Of a DNA stretch of 64,000 nt, positions 38,518-47,444 are shown one piece after another; position 1 is the stretch's first letter; every line of letters starts with the position of its first letter. The position numbers and the translations under genes are program-made. This stretch comes from a virus: the IMG/VR virus record IMGVR_UViG_3300009068_000023; one strand, 5' to 3'. Under the pieces are notes generated by a model. It was not told where the DNA came from. It worked only from the letters and a program-made list of their open reading frames with translations, and ran no database searches.

Positions 38518-39055
38518 TAAACCTTGGATTGCTTTATTCTCACAAACAGGCTCCGAAATAGCAGCGCTATCTGCAAAGATAGGCGTTGCTCCTAGCCTTA
38601 TTTTAACTAACAATATCGATTCTAGCACGTGGCATCCGTTCATTCGCGAGCAAAAGACTATCAGTGGCGATCATGAAACGATCATGCAGACCCTTCTAGA
38701 CGAAAATAAAGATAACAACCATCTAGTTACGCTGCACGGATACTTAAAAATTATTCCGAATAATATCTGTAGCGCGATGGACATCTATAACGGGCATCCT
38801 GGTCTTATTACTCGGTACCCGGAACTTAAAGGGTTAGACCCTCAGGAAAAGGTCGCAGAAAATATCTCGCGATTTGTGTTTATTGGCAGTGTAGTACATA
38901 AAGTAACTAATGACGTTGATGGCGGAGAAATATTGTCGTCATTTGCAGTTCTTAATGGATGTAATAGCAGAGAAGAAGTATACTCTAATTTAAGAATAAC
39001 GTCGTTGCATGCTTGGCTAAAATTTTTCAAGGACAATAAATGCGAATTGGTATAA
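38510..39055 (+). CDS. PurN-like formyltransferase (DpdN-like)
   Basis: LFSQTGS, LHGYLKI, YNGHPG, GSVVHKVTNDVDGGEI (NxH..H..D catalytic set). Confidence 0.8.
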   Translation: MDNKPWIALFSQTGSEIAALSAKIGVAPSLILTNNIDSSTWHPFIREQKTISGDHETIMQTLLDENKDNNHLVTLHGYLKIIPNNICSAMDIYNGHPGLITRYPELKGLDPQEKVAENISRFVFIGSVVHKVTNDVDGGEILSSFAVLNGCNSREEVYSNLRITSLHAWLKFFKDNKCELV

Positions 39056-39591
39056 GCGGTGCTCAATCTACTGGTAAGACAACGTTATTAAATGCTTTGA
39101 GATCAGAACCAGTCTTTAAAGACTATGAAGTCTGTAACGAAGTAACTAGAAAGGTTGCGTCGTATGGTCTGCCTATTAACGAAGATGGTAATGATATTAC
39201 TCAAGAGCTGATTATGAATCAGCATATTGTTAATCTTGCTATGCATGATAATATGATTACAGATAGAACTGTGCTAGACGGTCTAGTATATTCAAAGTAT
39301 TTACGTGAGAATAGTAAGATTACAGCTGGTACGTTAAAGTATGTTGAGAGAATCTTTGATCGGATGATTCAAGGATATGATTTTATCTTTTACGTTGCAC
39401 CTGAGTTTGAGATTAAGAACGATGGCGTAAGGTCTATTAATACGTTCTTTAGAGACAGAGTAGTTAATATTTTTAATGAAGTTATCTCACAGAAAAATGT
39501 ACCGGTTTATAATGTAAAAGGAACTGTAAGAGAGAGAGTTCAGTTTGTACTTAATGTATTAGAAATTAATAAGGAAATTACTGATAAATGA
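39040..39591 (+). CDS. P-loop nucleotide kinase (NadR/AAA_28-like)
   Basis: GAQSTGKTT, ITDRTVLD, DGVR. Confidence 0.78.
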   Translation: MRIGISGAQSTGKTTLLNALRSEPVFKDYEVCNEVTRKVASYGLPINEDGNDITQELIMNQHIVNLAMHDNMITDRTVLDGLVYSKYLRENSKITAGTLKYVERIFDRMIQGYDFIFYVAPEFEIKNDGVRSINTFFRDRVVNIFNEVISQKNVPVYNVKGTVRERVQFVLNVLEINKEITDK

Positions 39592-40517
39592 GCGATAATC
39601 AAAAGACACTAAATGACCTAGTATCAGTACACCTAGGCAAGGCTGGGGATGGTTCCGTAGTTAAGCCCTATGTTACCCCTGATGACGTTGATCCGTCTTT
39701 GCTGGTAGCTGTGCCTAGACAGCTTAATCGTACAGAATATGGCCTTCAAGATGATAATCTACCCTTTGTTGGTAGTGATGCGTGGAATGCGTATGAGTTC
39801 TCTACTTTGCTTAAGAACGGATTTCCTGTATCAGGCTGGCTAAAGTTTGTCTATAATGATAATACGCCTAATATCGTAGAATCAAAGTCAGTTAAGTTGT
39901 ATCTTAATTCATACAATATGGCAAGGCTTATTGAGTCGGTTGAAGAGTTATGGATGATCGAAGACAAGATCGGTGAAGATCTAACTAAGGCTACTGGTGG
40001 TTATGTCTGCGCGCAGATCGCTATTAATAATGTAGATGGTGTACGACCCATTACTGGTGACTTCGTATCGCTAGAAAACTATTGCAATATCGATAAGATG
40101 ACTTTCGACAAGTATAATGAGAGTTCTGATATTCTAGAAGTAGTGCCTAGTATTGGCAGGTATGAGCGTTGGCGATCGCATTCGCTTCGTTCGAACTGTC
40201 GAGTAACTAATCAACCTGATTGGGGCGATGTTTATATTCATATTAAGGGTGAGAAGGCAGTTACTCCTGAATCTCTGTTGCAGTATATTGTAAGTATGCG
40301 AAAAGAGAATCATTTCCACGAAGAGATTTGTGAATGTATTTACAAGCGCCTGCACGACCTTCTTGCACCTGAAGAGCTGCTAGTTGCATGTCTATACACT
40401 CGCCGCGGTGGTATTGATATCAACCCTGTTCGAGCATCGAGTTGGGAAGTGTTAAATTTATATGCAGGTAACTTGACGGGTGAGTATAGCTTCTGCACTA
40501 AGACGATGAGACAATAA
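39588..40517 (+). CDS. queF: NADPH-dependent preQ0 reductase (two-domain QueF)
   Basis: VESKSVKLYLNS QueF motif, RSNCRVTNQPDWG, HFHEEICE, YTRRGG. Confidence 0.93.
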   Translation: MSDNQKTLNDLVSVHLGKAGDGSVVKPYVTPDDVDPSLLVAVPRQLNRTEYGLQDDNLPFVGSDAWNAYEFSTLLKNGFPVSGWLKFVYNDNTPNIVESKSVKLYLNSYNMARLIESVEELWMIEDKIGEDLTKATGGYVCAQIAINNVDGVRPITGDFVSLENYCNIDKMTFDKYNESSDILEVVPSIGRYERWRSHSLRSNCRVTNQPDWGDVYIHIKGEKAVTPESLLQYIVSMRKENHFHEEICECIYKRLHDLLAPEELLVACLYTRRGGIDINPVRASSWEVLNLYAGNLTGEYSFCTKTMRQ

Positions 40518-40717
40518 TGAGTTCACCAGATAAGAACGTAAATGAAATTTGTGACGAATTTATTGCTAGATCTTTACACGGATATAACAAATACGGCGTT
40601 ACAACAGAACGAACTGATTTAAATTTCGATCAATGGATTCAGCATCTTAAAGAAGAGCTTATGGATGCTGTAGTTTATATTCATAGAGTGCAAAAGGAAC
40701 GAAATGAAGTTAAGTGA
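40517..40717 (+). CDS. Small all-alpha NTP pyrophosphatase-like protein
   Basis: RSxxGxxKYG...WIQHLKEELMDAVVY acidic helix pattern. Confidence 0.55.
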   Translation: MSSPDKNVNEICDEFIARSLHGYNKYGVTTERTDLNFDQWIQHLKEELMDAVVYIHRVQKERNEVK

Positions 40718-41459
40718 TGCAATGGCAGGTCTGCCTGATACTGATAAGAATGTAGTTGCTGTACTATCTGGAGGACTTGATTCATCTGTAATGTTAATGC
40801 TTTTGATTGAGAAGTATGGTGCAGATAAGGTACATGCAGTTTCATATGATTATGGTCAGAAGCAATGGATGGAATTAAAGCGTGCCAGGAACTTAACAGA
40901 CAGCCTAGGTGTAGAGCATAAGATTTTTGAATTGGATATTCTAGGTAAGATCGCAAGAACGATGTCTGCCAACATTCAAGGGTCTGAGGTTGATATGCCT
41001 AAGATTAAGGATGTTCTAGGTGACCCGCAGCCGGTAACTTATGTACCGTTCAGAAATATGATTATGCTCTCGCTTACTCTTGCACTAGCAGAAGCGTCCG
41101 ATGCATCTCATATCTTTACAGGCTTACAAGTGCATGACGAATATGGTTACTGGGATACTACACAGCGTTTTGTAGATAGTATGAACGCAGTTGCAACACA
41201 GAACCGTAATCATAAGGTTGAGATTGTTGCACCGTTTAGTCAACTCAGCAAGTATCAAGAGATTGAGCTATGCAAGGAAATGGGCATGGTTAATTATCTA
41301 GAAAGCACACTTACTTGCTATAATCCAGATGGCAGCGGTAAGAGCTGCGGTGTATGTCCATCGTGTGCCGAACGCATTGCTAACTTTGCAAAAGCAGGAT
41401 TAAAGGATCCAATCGAATATAGTGTGCCTATTCCTTGGGATAAACTGATAGCTGCGTAA
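40704..41459 (+). CDS. queC: 7-cyano-7-deazaguanine synthase
   Basis: LSGGLDS, YGQK, TYVPFRN, TCY..CGVCPSCAER. Confidence 0.95.
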   Translation: MKLSDAMAGLPDTDKNVVAVLSGGLDSSVMLMLLIEKYGADKVHAVSYDYGQKQWMELKRARNLTDSLGVEHKIFELDILGKIARTMSANIQGSEVDMPKIKDVLGDPQPVTYVPFRNMIMLSLTLALAEASDASHIFTGLQVHDEYGYWDTTQRFVDSMNAVATQNRNHKVEIVAPFSQLSKYQEIELCKEMGMVNYLESTLTCYNPDGSGKSCGVCPSCAERIANFAKAGLKDPIEYSVPIPWDKLIAA

Positions 41460-41924
41460 ATGAAAACAATATACTTGGATATGGATGGGGTAATAGCTAA
41501 CTTCGATAAAGACTATTATTCTATCTTTGGTGTAAATTGTAGAGAGGACCCGGATAAGGGTAACTGGAATAAGTTTATTATCCTTGAGGGCTTTAAAACT
41601 CTTAGTATGATGCCAGATGCTCAAGTTCTCTTAGATTATTTACAAAGCAACTATACTAATATTATTATCCTTTCTTGCGCCGGTCGCAAAGAAACATATA
41701 CTGAAGTATGTTTGCAGAAGATTAAATGGTTAGAGAATAATAAGATAGGACATTTACCACGTGCATTTACCTTTACTAAGAAGGAAAAAGGACTATTCGG
41801 TCATCCAAGTTGCATCTTAATTGATGATAGTATACAATGTATAGAACCATTCGTACAAAATAACGGCAATGGTGCTTTACATACCTCAGCCGTAGATACT
41901 ATTAATCAACTTCAAGGCTTTTAA
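41460..41924 (+). CDS. HAD-family 5'(3')-deoxyribonucleotidase-like protein
   Basis: YLDMDGVIA, KxxWL, LIDD. Confidence 0.8.
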   Translation: MKTIYLDMDGVIANFDKDYYSIFGVNCREDPDKGNWNKFIILEGFKTLSMMPDAQVLLDYLQSNYTNIIILSCAGRKETYTEVCLQKIKWLENNKIGHLPRAFTFTKKEKGLFGHPSCILIDDSIQCIEPFVQNNGNGALHTSAVDTINQLQGF

Positions 41925-41925
41925 T

Positions 41926-42600
41926 ATGTGTGCAATTGTAGGTTCATTCGATACTAATAAACTACACGAGCTAGTTAAGCTTAACATGCATAGAGGTAGC
42001 TATTCGTATTCGTTCTCGCTATACGATTGCTATACTGGCAGGCTTACAGTTATGAAGCAGGACTTCGGTGAGCCTGATTTTTCGGTCATTAACGTACCTC
42101 AACGTACATATGGTATTGTGCATGTGCAGGCTCCGACTACAGAGTCGGCCTCGATGGAATCGATTCATCCTGCAACTGCTTATCCATTATCAACTTTTAC
42201 TAAAGATAAGCATAACGTATTGAAGGAATTTAATACGTGCCTATGGCATAATGGTATTCTAAAAGAATCGGCTATAAAGAAGCTACAGCAATCTAATGGA
42301 GAAGTAAAATGGGATACCATGCTGATGCTTTGTGAGCTTATTGGGTCAGGATGGAGCTCATTCAGTAAGTTTGATGGAAGTTTTAGCTGTTTGTTTTATA
42401 ATAGCTACTCGATGTTTTTGTTCCGCAACGAAATATCGCCTATGTTTATAGACGACGAGCTTAATATCTCTTCGAGCAGGTTTCAGGGCTCAAGAGAGAC
42501 AGAAGCTAATAAAGTATTGAAAATGGAGTTTGACTTTAAGTCTGCTGCTCCTATCTTTACTTTTAAGACGATTGAGAATCCGTATTATTTTGGAGATTGA
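41926..42600 (+). CDS. Class II (Ntn) glutamine amidotransferase, stand-alone
   Basis: N-terminal MCAIVG nucleophile Cys, RG, HxxAPT, HP, WHNG. Confidence 0.75.
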   Translation: MCAIVGSFDTNKLHELVKLNMHRGSYSYSFSLYDCYTGRLTVMKQDFGEPDFSVINVPQRTYGIVHVQAPTTESASMESIHPATAYPLSTFTKDKHNVLKEFNTCLWHNGILKESAIKKLQQSNGEVKWDTMLMLCELIGSGWSSFSKFDGSFSCLFYNSYSMFLFRNEISPMFIDDELNISSSRFQGSRETEANKVLKMEFDFKSAAPIFTFKTIENPYYFGD

Positions 42601-42602
42601 CA

Positions 42603-43103
42603 ATGAAGCATGTATTTGGTAGAGGTGCAGGAACAACTCTTTCACACGTCGATTCTGAATCAGACGTACAACCTAATGCGGTTGATTTGAGACTAGGAAA
42701 GGTCTTTAAGATTAGAAATGAATTGTTTGAGATTACTAATCATGATAAGAAGCATCGAGGTTCAGATGAAGTTAAGCCAGATGTAGACGGATTTTATTAT
42801 TTGGAACCAGGCTCATACGAAGTGATTATGAAGAATACAATCGCTGTAGGGCTTAATGAAGCAGGCTGGGTAATCACACGCAGCACACTTAACAGGAACG
42901 GTGTTTTTCTTACATCCGGTCTCTATGATTCAGGGTATAGTGGAGTAATGGCAGGGGTTATGCATGTAACGTGTGGTCCTGCGCGTATTAAAAAGGGAAC
43001 CAGAATCGGACAATATATCTGCTTTGATGCGGAGACGTTGCATCTTTACGATGGTGATTATGGTAGCAACAAAGAACACGATAAGAAATACGGAGAAAAT
43101 TGA
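42603..43103 (+). CDS. dUTPase/dCTP deaminase family protein
   Basis: QPNAVDLRL, TRSTLNRNG, YDSGYSG, RIGQ. Confidence 0.85.
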   Translation: MKHVFGRGAGTTLSHVDSESDVQPNAVDLRLGKVFKIRNELFEITNHDKKHRGSDEVKPDVDGFYYLEPGSYEVIMKNTIAVGLNEAGWVITRSTLNRNGVFLTSGLYDSGYSGVMAGVMHVTCGPARIKKGTRIGQYICFDAETLHLYDGDYGSNKEHDKKYGEN

Positions 43104-44056
43104 TGCAGATTCAAATTCCAATTCAGGATCTACAAAAGAAGAAGCTCTTTCTTGCCACACCAATGTATGGCGGTCAGTGCGCAGGCATGTATACTCGTAG
43201 CGTTGCAGACTTGTCTGCTATGTGTGCCAAGTATAATATTCCTATTCAGCTTTATTATTTGTTTAATGAGTCGCTTATTACTCGTGCACGCAACTACTGT
43301 GTCGATGAGTTTATGCGTTCTGATTGCACGCACTTGATGTTTATCGATAGTGATATCGGCTTTAATCCTCAAGACGTTCTAGCTATGTTAGGTCTTATGA
43401 CTGACGAAAGCCCTTATGATATTATGGGTGGACCTTATCCTAAGAAGTGTATTTCTTGGGAGAAGATCAAGCAAGCCGTTGATAAGGGCTTTGCTGACGA
43501 AGATCCTAACACTCTCGAGAAGTATGTCGGTGACTATGTATTCAACCCAAAGGGTAATACTGCCTCGATTCCTCTTGGTGAGCCTGTAGAAGTGCTTGAG
43601 ATTGGTACCGGGTTTATGATGGTACAACGACGTGCATTCGAGAAGTATAAGGAATCATACCCATACCTCTCGTACAAGCCTGACCATGTACGTACAGAGT
43701 TCTTTGATGGTAGTCGTGAAATCCATGCTTACTTCGATTGCATTATCGATAGAGGCTTTAGCTATCAGACGCTGCATAATCTTCTAGAGGATGTTGCGAA
43801 TGGTAAGACCGATCTACAAGATGCTGCTAAGACGATTGTAGATAACGAGCAGAAGGCTTCGAAGCGTTATCTATCTGAAGATTATAACTTCTGCTATCAT
43901 GCTGAGAAGATAGGTCTGCGTGTATGGTTCTGCCCATGGATGAAGCTACAGCACGTTGGTTCATATATCTTCGGTGGTAGCTTGGTCGATCTAGCTCAAA
44001 TTGGTGCTGCTGCTACTGCTGATGTGCAGAAGATTGGCGGCAAGAAGAAGAAATGA
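43103..44056 (+). CDS. Conserved T4-like GT-A fold (glycosyltransferase-like) protein
   Basis: ATPMYGG, ESLITRARN, FIDSDI, GTGFM, YLSEDY. Confidence 0.7.
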   Translation: MQIQIPIQDLQKKKLFLATPMYGGQCAGMYTRSVADLSAMCAKYNIPIQLYYLFNESLITRARNYCVDEFMRSDCTHLMFIDSDIGFNPQDVLAMLGLMTDESPYDIMGGPYPKKCISWEKIKQAVDKGFADEDPNTLEKYVGDYVFNPKGNTASIPLGEPVEVLEIGTGFMMVQRRAFEKYKESYPYLSYKPDHVRTEFFDGSREIHAYFDCIIDRGFSYQTLHNLLEDVANGKTDLQDAAKTIVDNEQKASKRYLSEDYNFCYHAEKIGLRVWFCPWMKLQHVGSYIFGGSLVDLAQIGAAATADVQKIGGKKKK

Positions 44057-44718
44057 AACTAGATAATAAAACTCTCCAGATACTTAAGAACTTTTCTTTG
44101 ATTAACAGCTCCATGCGTTTCAAAGAAGGTAATACGCTTACCGTAGTATCGAGTAATAAGAATATTTTAGCGAGAGCGAACATTGCCGAGGGTTTCCCTC
44201 GGCAGTTTGCAATTAGTGATTTGCCTAGACTGCTAGGAGTTCTATCACTATTTGATACGCCTGAAATCGAGTTCACAGATACTCATTTGATTATCTCTGC
44301 TAATAATCAAAAAGTTAATTTTACCTTTGCCGATCCACGCATGATCGTAACGACAGACGCAAATGGTATTAATATGCCAGATGCTGAAGTTGAGTTTACT
44401 CTTACACCTGAGGACTTCTCGCGTATTATGAAAGCTCACGGTATTATGGGATTGCCTGATGTAGCAGTAACTGGTGAAGATGGTGAGATGTATATCGAAG
44501 CTACTAATGTGCGTAGCCCGACTACAGACAACTATAGAATTCATCTAGGCGCAATGCCAGATCCATCTCGTGAGTTTAAGATGGTATTCCGGCCGGAGTA
44601 TTTAAAGCTAATGAATGCCACGTACAACGTGCGCATTTCTTCCAGGGGCATTGCTGAATTTAAGAGCGATGATATTACCTACTGGATTACTACAGAAACT
44701 ACTTCGACGTTTAATTGA
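44053..44718 (+). CDS. gp45: Sliding clamp
   Basis: TLQILKNFSLINSS...FAISDL..LLGVLSLF; precedes gp44. Confidence 0.9.
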   Translation: MKLDNKTLQILKNFSLINSSMRFKEGNTLTVVSSNKNILARANIAEGFPRQFAISDLPRLLGVLSLFDTPEIEFTDTHLIISANNQKVNFTFADPRMIVTTDANGINMPDAEVEFTLTPEDFSRIMKAHGIMGLPDVAVTGEDGEMYIEATNVRSPTTDNYRIHLGAMPDPSREFKMVFRPEYLKLMNATYNVRISSRGIAEFKSDDITYWITTETTSTFN

Positions 44719-44719
44719 C

Positions 44720-44914
44720 ATGAAGAAAATAGATAATCTTGAAGAATTTTTTGCGGCATGCAAAGAAATTAAGATTATCTGTAGTAATGAAGATTCAGCA
44801 CCCGTTGCTAAGTTTTTAATAAAGAACGGGTTTTTTATACTTGCAGGTGAAAATTACGTTATGGGTTTATTGAAAAGCACAACAGGCAAGGTGGATATTG
44901 ATGCTGTCGAGTGA
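44720..44914 (+). CDS. Hypothetical protein (64 aa)
   Basis: Fills the gp45-gp44 gap; ATG at 44720. Confidence 0.5.
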   Translation: MKKIDNLEEFFAACKEIKIICSNEDSAPVAKFLIKNGFFILAGENYVMGLLKSTTGKVDIDAVE

Positions 44915-45848
44915 TGCAGAATTTCTATGGGTTGAAAAGTATAGGCCTCGTAATATTGACGATACTATTCTTCCAGAAGAGCTTAAAAATACCTTTAAGA
45001 CGTTTGTATCGCAGAAGGAAGTACCTAACCTATTATTGACCGGTCGTGCAGGAACCGGCAAGACTACTATTGCTCGCGCCCTTCTAGAAGAAATCGGTTG
45101 CGACTATATTGTCATTAACGGTAGTATGAATGGTAATATTGATACTCTAAGAAACGAAATAGCACAATTTGCTTCGTCTATTTCGTTTACTGGTTCACGC
45201 AAGTATGTTATTCTAGACGAAGCAGATTATCTCAATCCTCAGAGTACTCAACCGGCGTTGCGTAACTTTATGGAAGAGTATTCTAAGAATTGCGGATTTA
45301 TTCTTACATGCAACTTCCGTAACCGTATTATTGAGCCTATCCATTCACGGTGCTCAATCGTCGAGTTCAAGATTCCTAAGGATGAGAAGCCTAAGCTTGC
45401 TATGCAGTTCTACAAGAGACTTCTAAAGATCCTAGAAGACGAGAACGTTACTAGCGATAGTAAGACTCTTGCTGCATTCGTAGAACGATACTTTCCAGAC
45501 TTCCGCCGCACTATTAACGAGCTACAGCGATATAGTGCAACGGGTAGTATTGACTCTGGCATACTATCTAACTTTCAAGAGAGTAAATTTTTAAACTTAG
45601 TAGCCTTTATTAAGGATAAAAGCTTTACTAATGTAAGAAAATGGGTAGGAGAGCATTCAGACGTAGAAGATGCTGTATTGTTTAGGACCTTTTATGATAC
45701 CGCATCAGAACACGTTAAAGCAAGTTCTATCCCACAACTGGTACTTCTTATTGCAAAGTACCAGTACAACTCAGCATTCGTTGCTGATAAGGAAATTAAC
45801 CTGGTTGCATTCCTTACCGAAGTCATGGTTGAAATAGAGTTCAAATGA
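44901..45848 (+). CDS. gp44: Clamp loader large subunit
   Basis: WVEKYRP, GRAGTGKT, LDEAD, SRC. Confidence 0.96.
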   Translation: MLSSDAEFLWVEKYRPRNIDDTILPEELKNTFKTFVSQKEVPNLLLTGRAGTGKTTIARALLEEIGCDYIVINGSMNGNIDTLRNEIAQFASSISFTGSRKYVILDEADYLNPQSTQPALRNFMEEYSKNCGFILTCNFRNRIIEPIHSRCSIVEFKIPKDEKPKLAMQFYKRLLKILEDENVTSDSKTLAAFVERYFPDFRRTINELQRYSATGSIDSGILSNFQESKFLNLVAFIKDKSFTNVRKWVGEHSDVEDAVLFRTFYDTASEHVKASSIPQLVLLIAKYQYNSAFVADKEINLVAFLTEVMVEIEFK

Positions 45849-46252
45849 ACCCGTTTGATTTTGTCAATGCAATAAACTATACCAAGAAAGATCTAATGAC
45901 TGGCTCAGAGAATGATGAGCTGGTAGAAAAAGAGTATGTGCCTTTTTTAGTTAATAAGTCTCTATCTTATTTCCCCGATACTATTCTCTACGCGAATGAG
46001 ATAAACCGATACAATAATGTAGATAAGAAATTACAGTTTCATTATCTACTAAATAGTATCAGGCCTCAGAAGCGTTTTGCAAAGTGGGTGAAGAAGGTTG
46101 AAAGTGAAGATATTTCCGCTGTTTGTCAATATTATAAGTATAATGTTGACAAGGCGTCTCAAGTCTTATCGATACTTTCAGCTGAGCAGTTAGAGACTAT
46201 AAAACAAGAACTAAAAAAGGTGAATGATGACCACTATAGACGATCTTATTGA
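45845..46252 (+). CDS. gp62: Clamp loader small subunit
   Basis: YVPFLVNKSLSYFPDT..ANEIN...LLNSIRPQKRFAKW. Confidence 0.92.
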   Translation: MNPFDFVNAINYTKKDLMTGSENDELVEKEYVPFLVNKSLSYFPDTILYANEINRYNNVDKKLQFHYLLNSIRPQKRFAKWVKKVESEDISAVCQYYKYNVDKASQVLSILSAEQLETIKQELKKVNDDHYRRSY

Positions 46253-46625
46253 AATAAGATTGGTAGAAGAAGATGATTTTTTAAAAGTAAGAGAAACGCT
46301 AACCCGTATTGGTGTAGCCTCCAGAAAAGATAAAAAGCTCTATCAATCCTGTCATATACTTCATAAGCAAGGCCGCTACTACATAGTTCATTTCAAAGAA
46401 CTATTTCTTCTAGACGGCAAGCCCTCTAATTTCTCCGAAGATGATATAGCACGTCGCAATGCTATTATCAATCTCCTTGCAGAATGGGAACTCATACACC
46501 TTATAGATCCCCGCGCAACTCAAGAACCAACAGCACCTCTATCTCAAATCAAAGTTTTATCATATAAAGAAAAGCATGAGTGGGAATTAGTAGCAAAATA
46601 CAATATAGGCAGAAAAACAAAGTAG
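46224..46625 (+). CDS. regA: Translational repressor
   Basis: DDFLKVRETLTRIGVASRK..LYQSCHILHKQGRYYIVHFKELF. Confidence 0.97.
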   Translation: MMTTIDDLIEIRLVEEDDFLKVRETLTRIGVASRKDKKLYQSCHILHKQGRYYIVHFKELFLLDGKPSNFSEDDIARRNAIINLLAEWELIHLIDPRATQEPTAPLSQIKVLSYKEKHEWELVAKYNIGRKTK

Positions 46626-46654
46626 TTGACTTTTAATTCTGATGCATCTATAAT
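46626..46654 (+). promoter_or_regulatory. Sigma70-type promoter for the tRNA cluster
   Basis: TTGACT-N17-TATAAT. Confidence 0.85.
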
Positions 46655-46674
46655 GTATTTGTTGTTAGGAAATC

Positions 46675-46768
46675 CCTCCTGTAGTTTAATGGTAAAACAC
46701 CCGGCTTATACCCGGCATAGGCTCTAGATGGGGGCACGTTACAGGTTCGAGTCCTGTCGGGAGGACCA
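46675..46768 (+). tRNA. tRNA-Ile(UAU) with an atypical long variable arm
   Basis: CCTCCTG/CGGGAGG acceptor, CT-TAT-AC loop, TTCGAGT T-loop, encoded CCA. Confidence 0.8.
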
Positions 46769-46775
46769 TGTTATC

Positions 46776-46858
46776 GCCCCGGTGGTGGAATGGTAGACAC
46801 GCTGGTCTTAGAAGCCAGTGCCAAAAGCGTGAGAGTTCGAGTCTCTCCTGGGGCACCA
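46776..46858 (+). tRNA. tRNA-Leu(UAG)
   Basis: CTGGT-CTTAGAA-GCCAG; CCA end. Confidence 0.93.
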
Positions 46859-46872
46859 AATTGAGAAATAAT

Positions 46873-47064
46873 ATGAAAATTAATCCAGTTATTAACTTTG
46901 ACGTAAGCAACAAAGAACATCGCGAAGATTTTTATACGTTTACTAGGACTAAGTGCCTCGGTAAGCTTAAAAATAAATATACACTCGAAGGATGTTTTGG
47001 CGATATTGTTAGTATGATGACTGAAAAGGTAGCTAATTTTTATATTCAGAAAGAGTTCGAGTAA
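46873..47064 (+). CDS. Hypothetical protein (63 aa)
   Basis: ATG 46873 after GAGA, between tRNAs. Confidence 0.55.
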   Translation: MKINPVINFDVSNKEHREDFYTFTRTKCLGKLKNKYTLEGCFGDIVSMMTEKVANFYIQKEFE

Positions 47065-47068
47065 GTTT

Positions 47069-47158
47069 GGAAGTGTGGATGAGTGGTTTAAATCAACAGT
47101 CTTGAAAACTGTCGTGTCAGTAATGGCACCGTGAGTTCGAATCTCACCGCTTCCGCCA
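47069..47158 (+). tRNA. tRNA-Ser(UGA)
   Basis: ACAGT-CTTGAAA-ACTGT, long variable arm, GCCA end. Confidence 0.94.
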
Positions 47159-47161
47159 GAT

Positions 47162-47235
47162 CCCGGTGTAGTTTAATGGCAGAACCGCAGCCTCCAAATC
47201 TGCATGTGGGAGTTCGATTCTCTCCACCGGGTCCA
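47162..47235 (+). tRNA. tRNA-Trp(CCA)
   Basis: CCCGGTG/CACCGGG acceptor, CT-CCA-AA loop, TCCA end. Confidence 0.82.
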
Positions 47236-47237
47236 AG

Positions 47238-47265
47238 TTGACTTATATTCGATAAGTATTATAAT
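47238..47265 (+). promoter_or_regulatory. Sigma70-type promoter
   Basis: TTGACT-N16-TATAAT just upstream of tRNA-Met. Confidence 0.75.
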
Positions 47266-47273
47266 GTACGTAT

Positions 47274-47347
47274 AGCGGGATAGTGAAATGGCATCACACA
47301 GGTCTCATAAGCCTGAGTTCTTAGTTCGAATCTAGGTCCCGCAACCA
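47274..47347 (+). tRNA. tRNA-Met(CAU), possibly initiator-like
   Basis: CAGGT-CTCATAA-GCCTG; 1:72 A:A mismatch. Confidence 0.85.
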
Positions 47348-47352
47348 ATTAT

Positions 47353-47427
47353 TCCCTGGTAGCTCAGCGGTAGAGTAGATGACTGTTAATCATTTGGTCG
47401 CTGGTTCAATCCCAGCCCGGGGAGCCA
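47353..47427 (+). tRNA. tRNA-Asn(GUU)
   Basis: GATGA-CTGTTAA-TCATT; GCCA end. Confidence 0.93.
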
Positions 47428-47444
47428 AGTTAATAGGAGACATT

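Noticed and set aside
34818-41459. Queuosine tRNA-modification pathway
   Set aside because: No queA or queG/queH in the window, only one GUN tRNA, and the companion genes point to DNA or nucleotide modification.
449-45061. Numerous 60-150-aa alternate-frame and antisense ORFs within core genes
   Set aside because: Fully nested in well-supported genes, with no RBS or recognisable motifs.
46047-46054. Late-promoter-like CTAAATA inside gp62
   Set aside because: Imperfect match that is explained by the conserved LLNS coding sequence.
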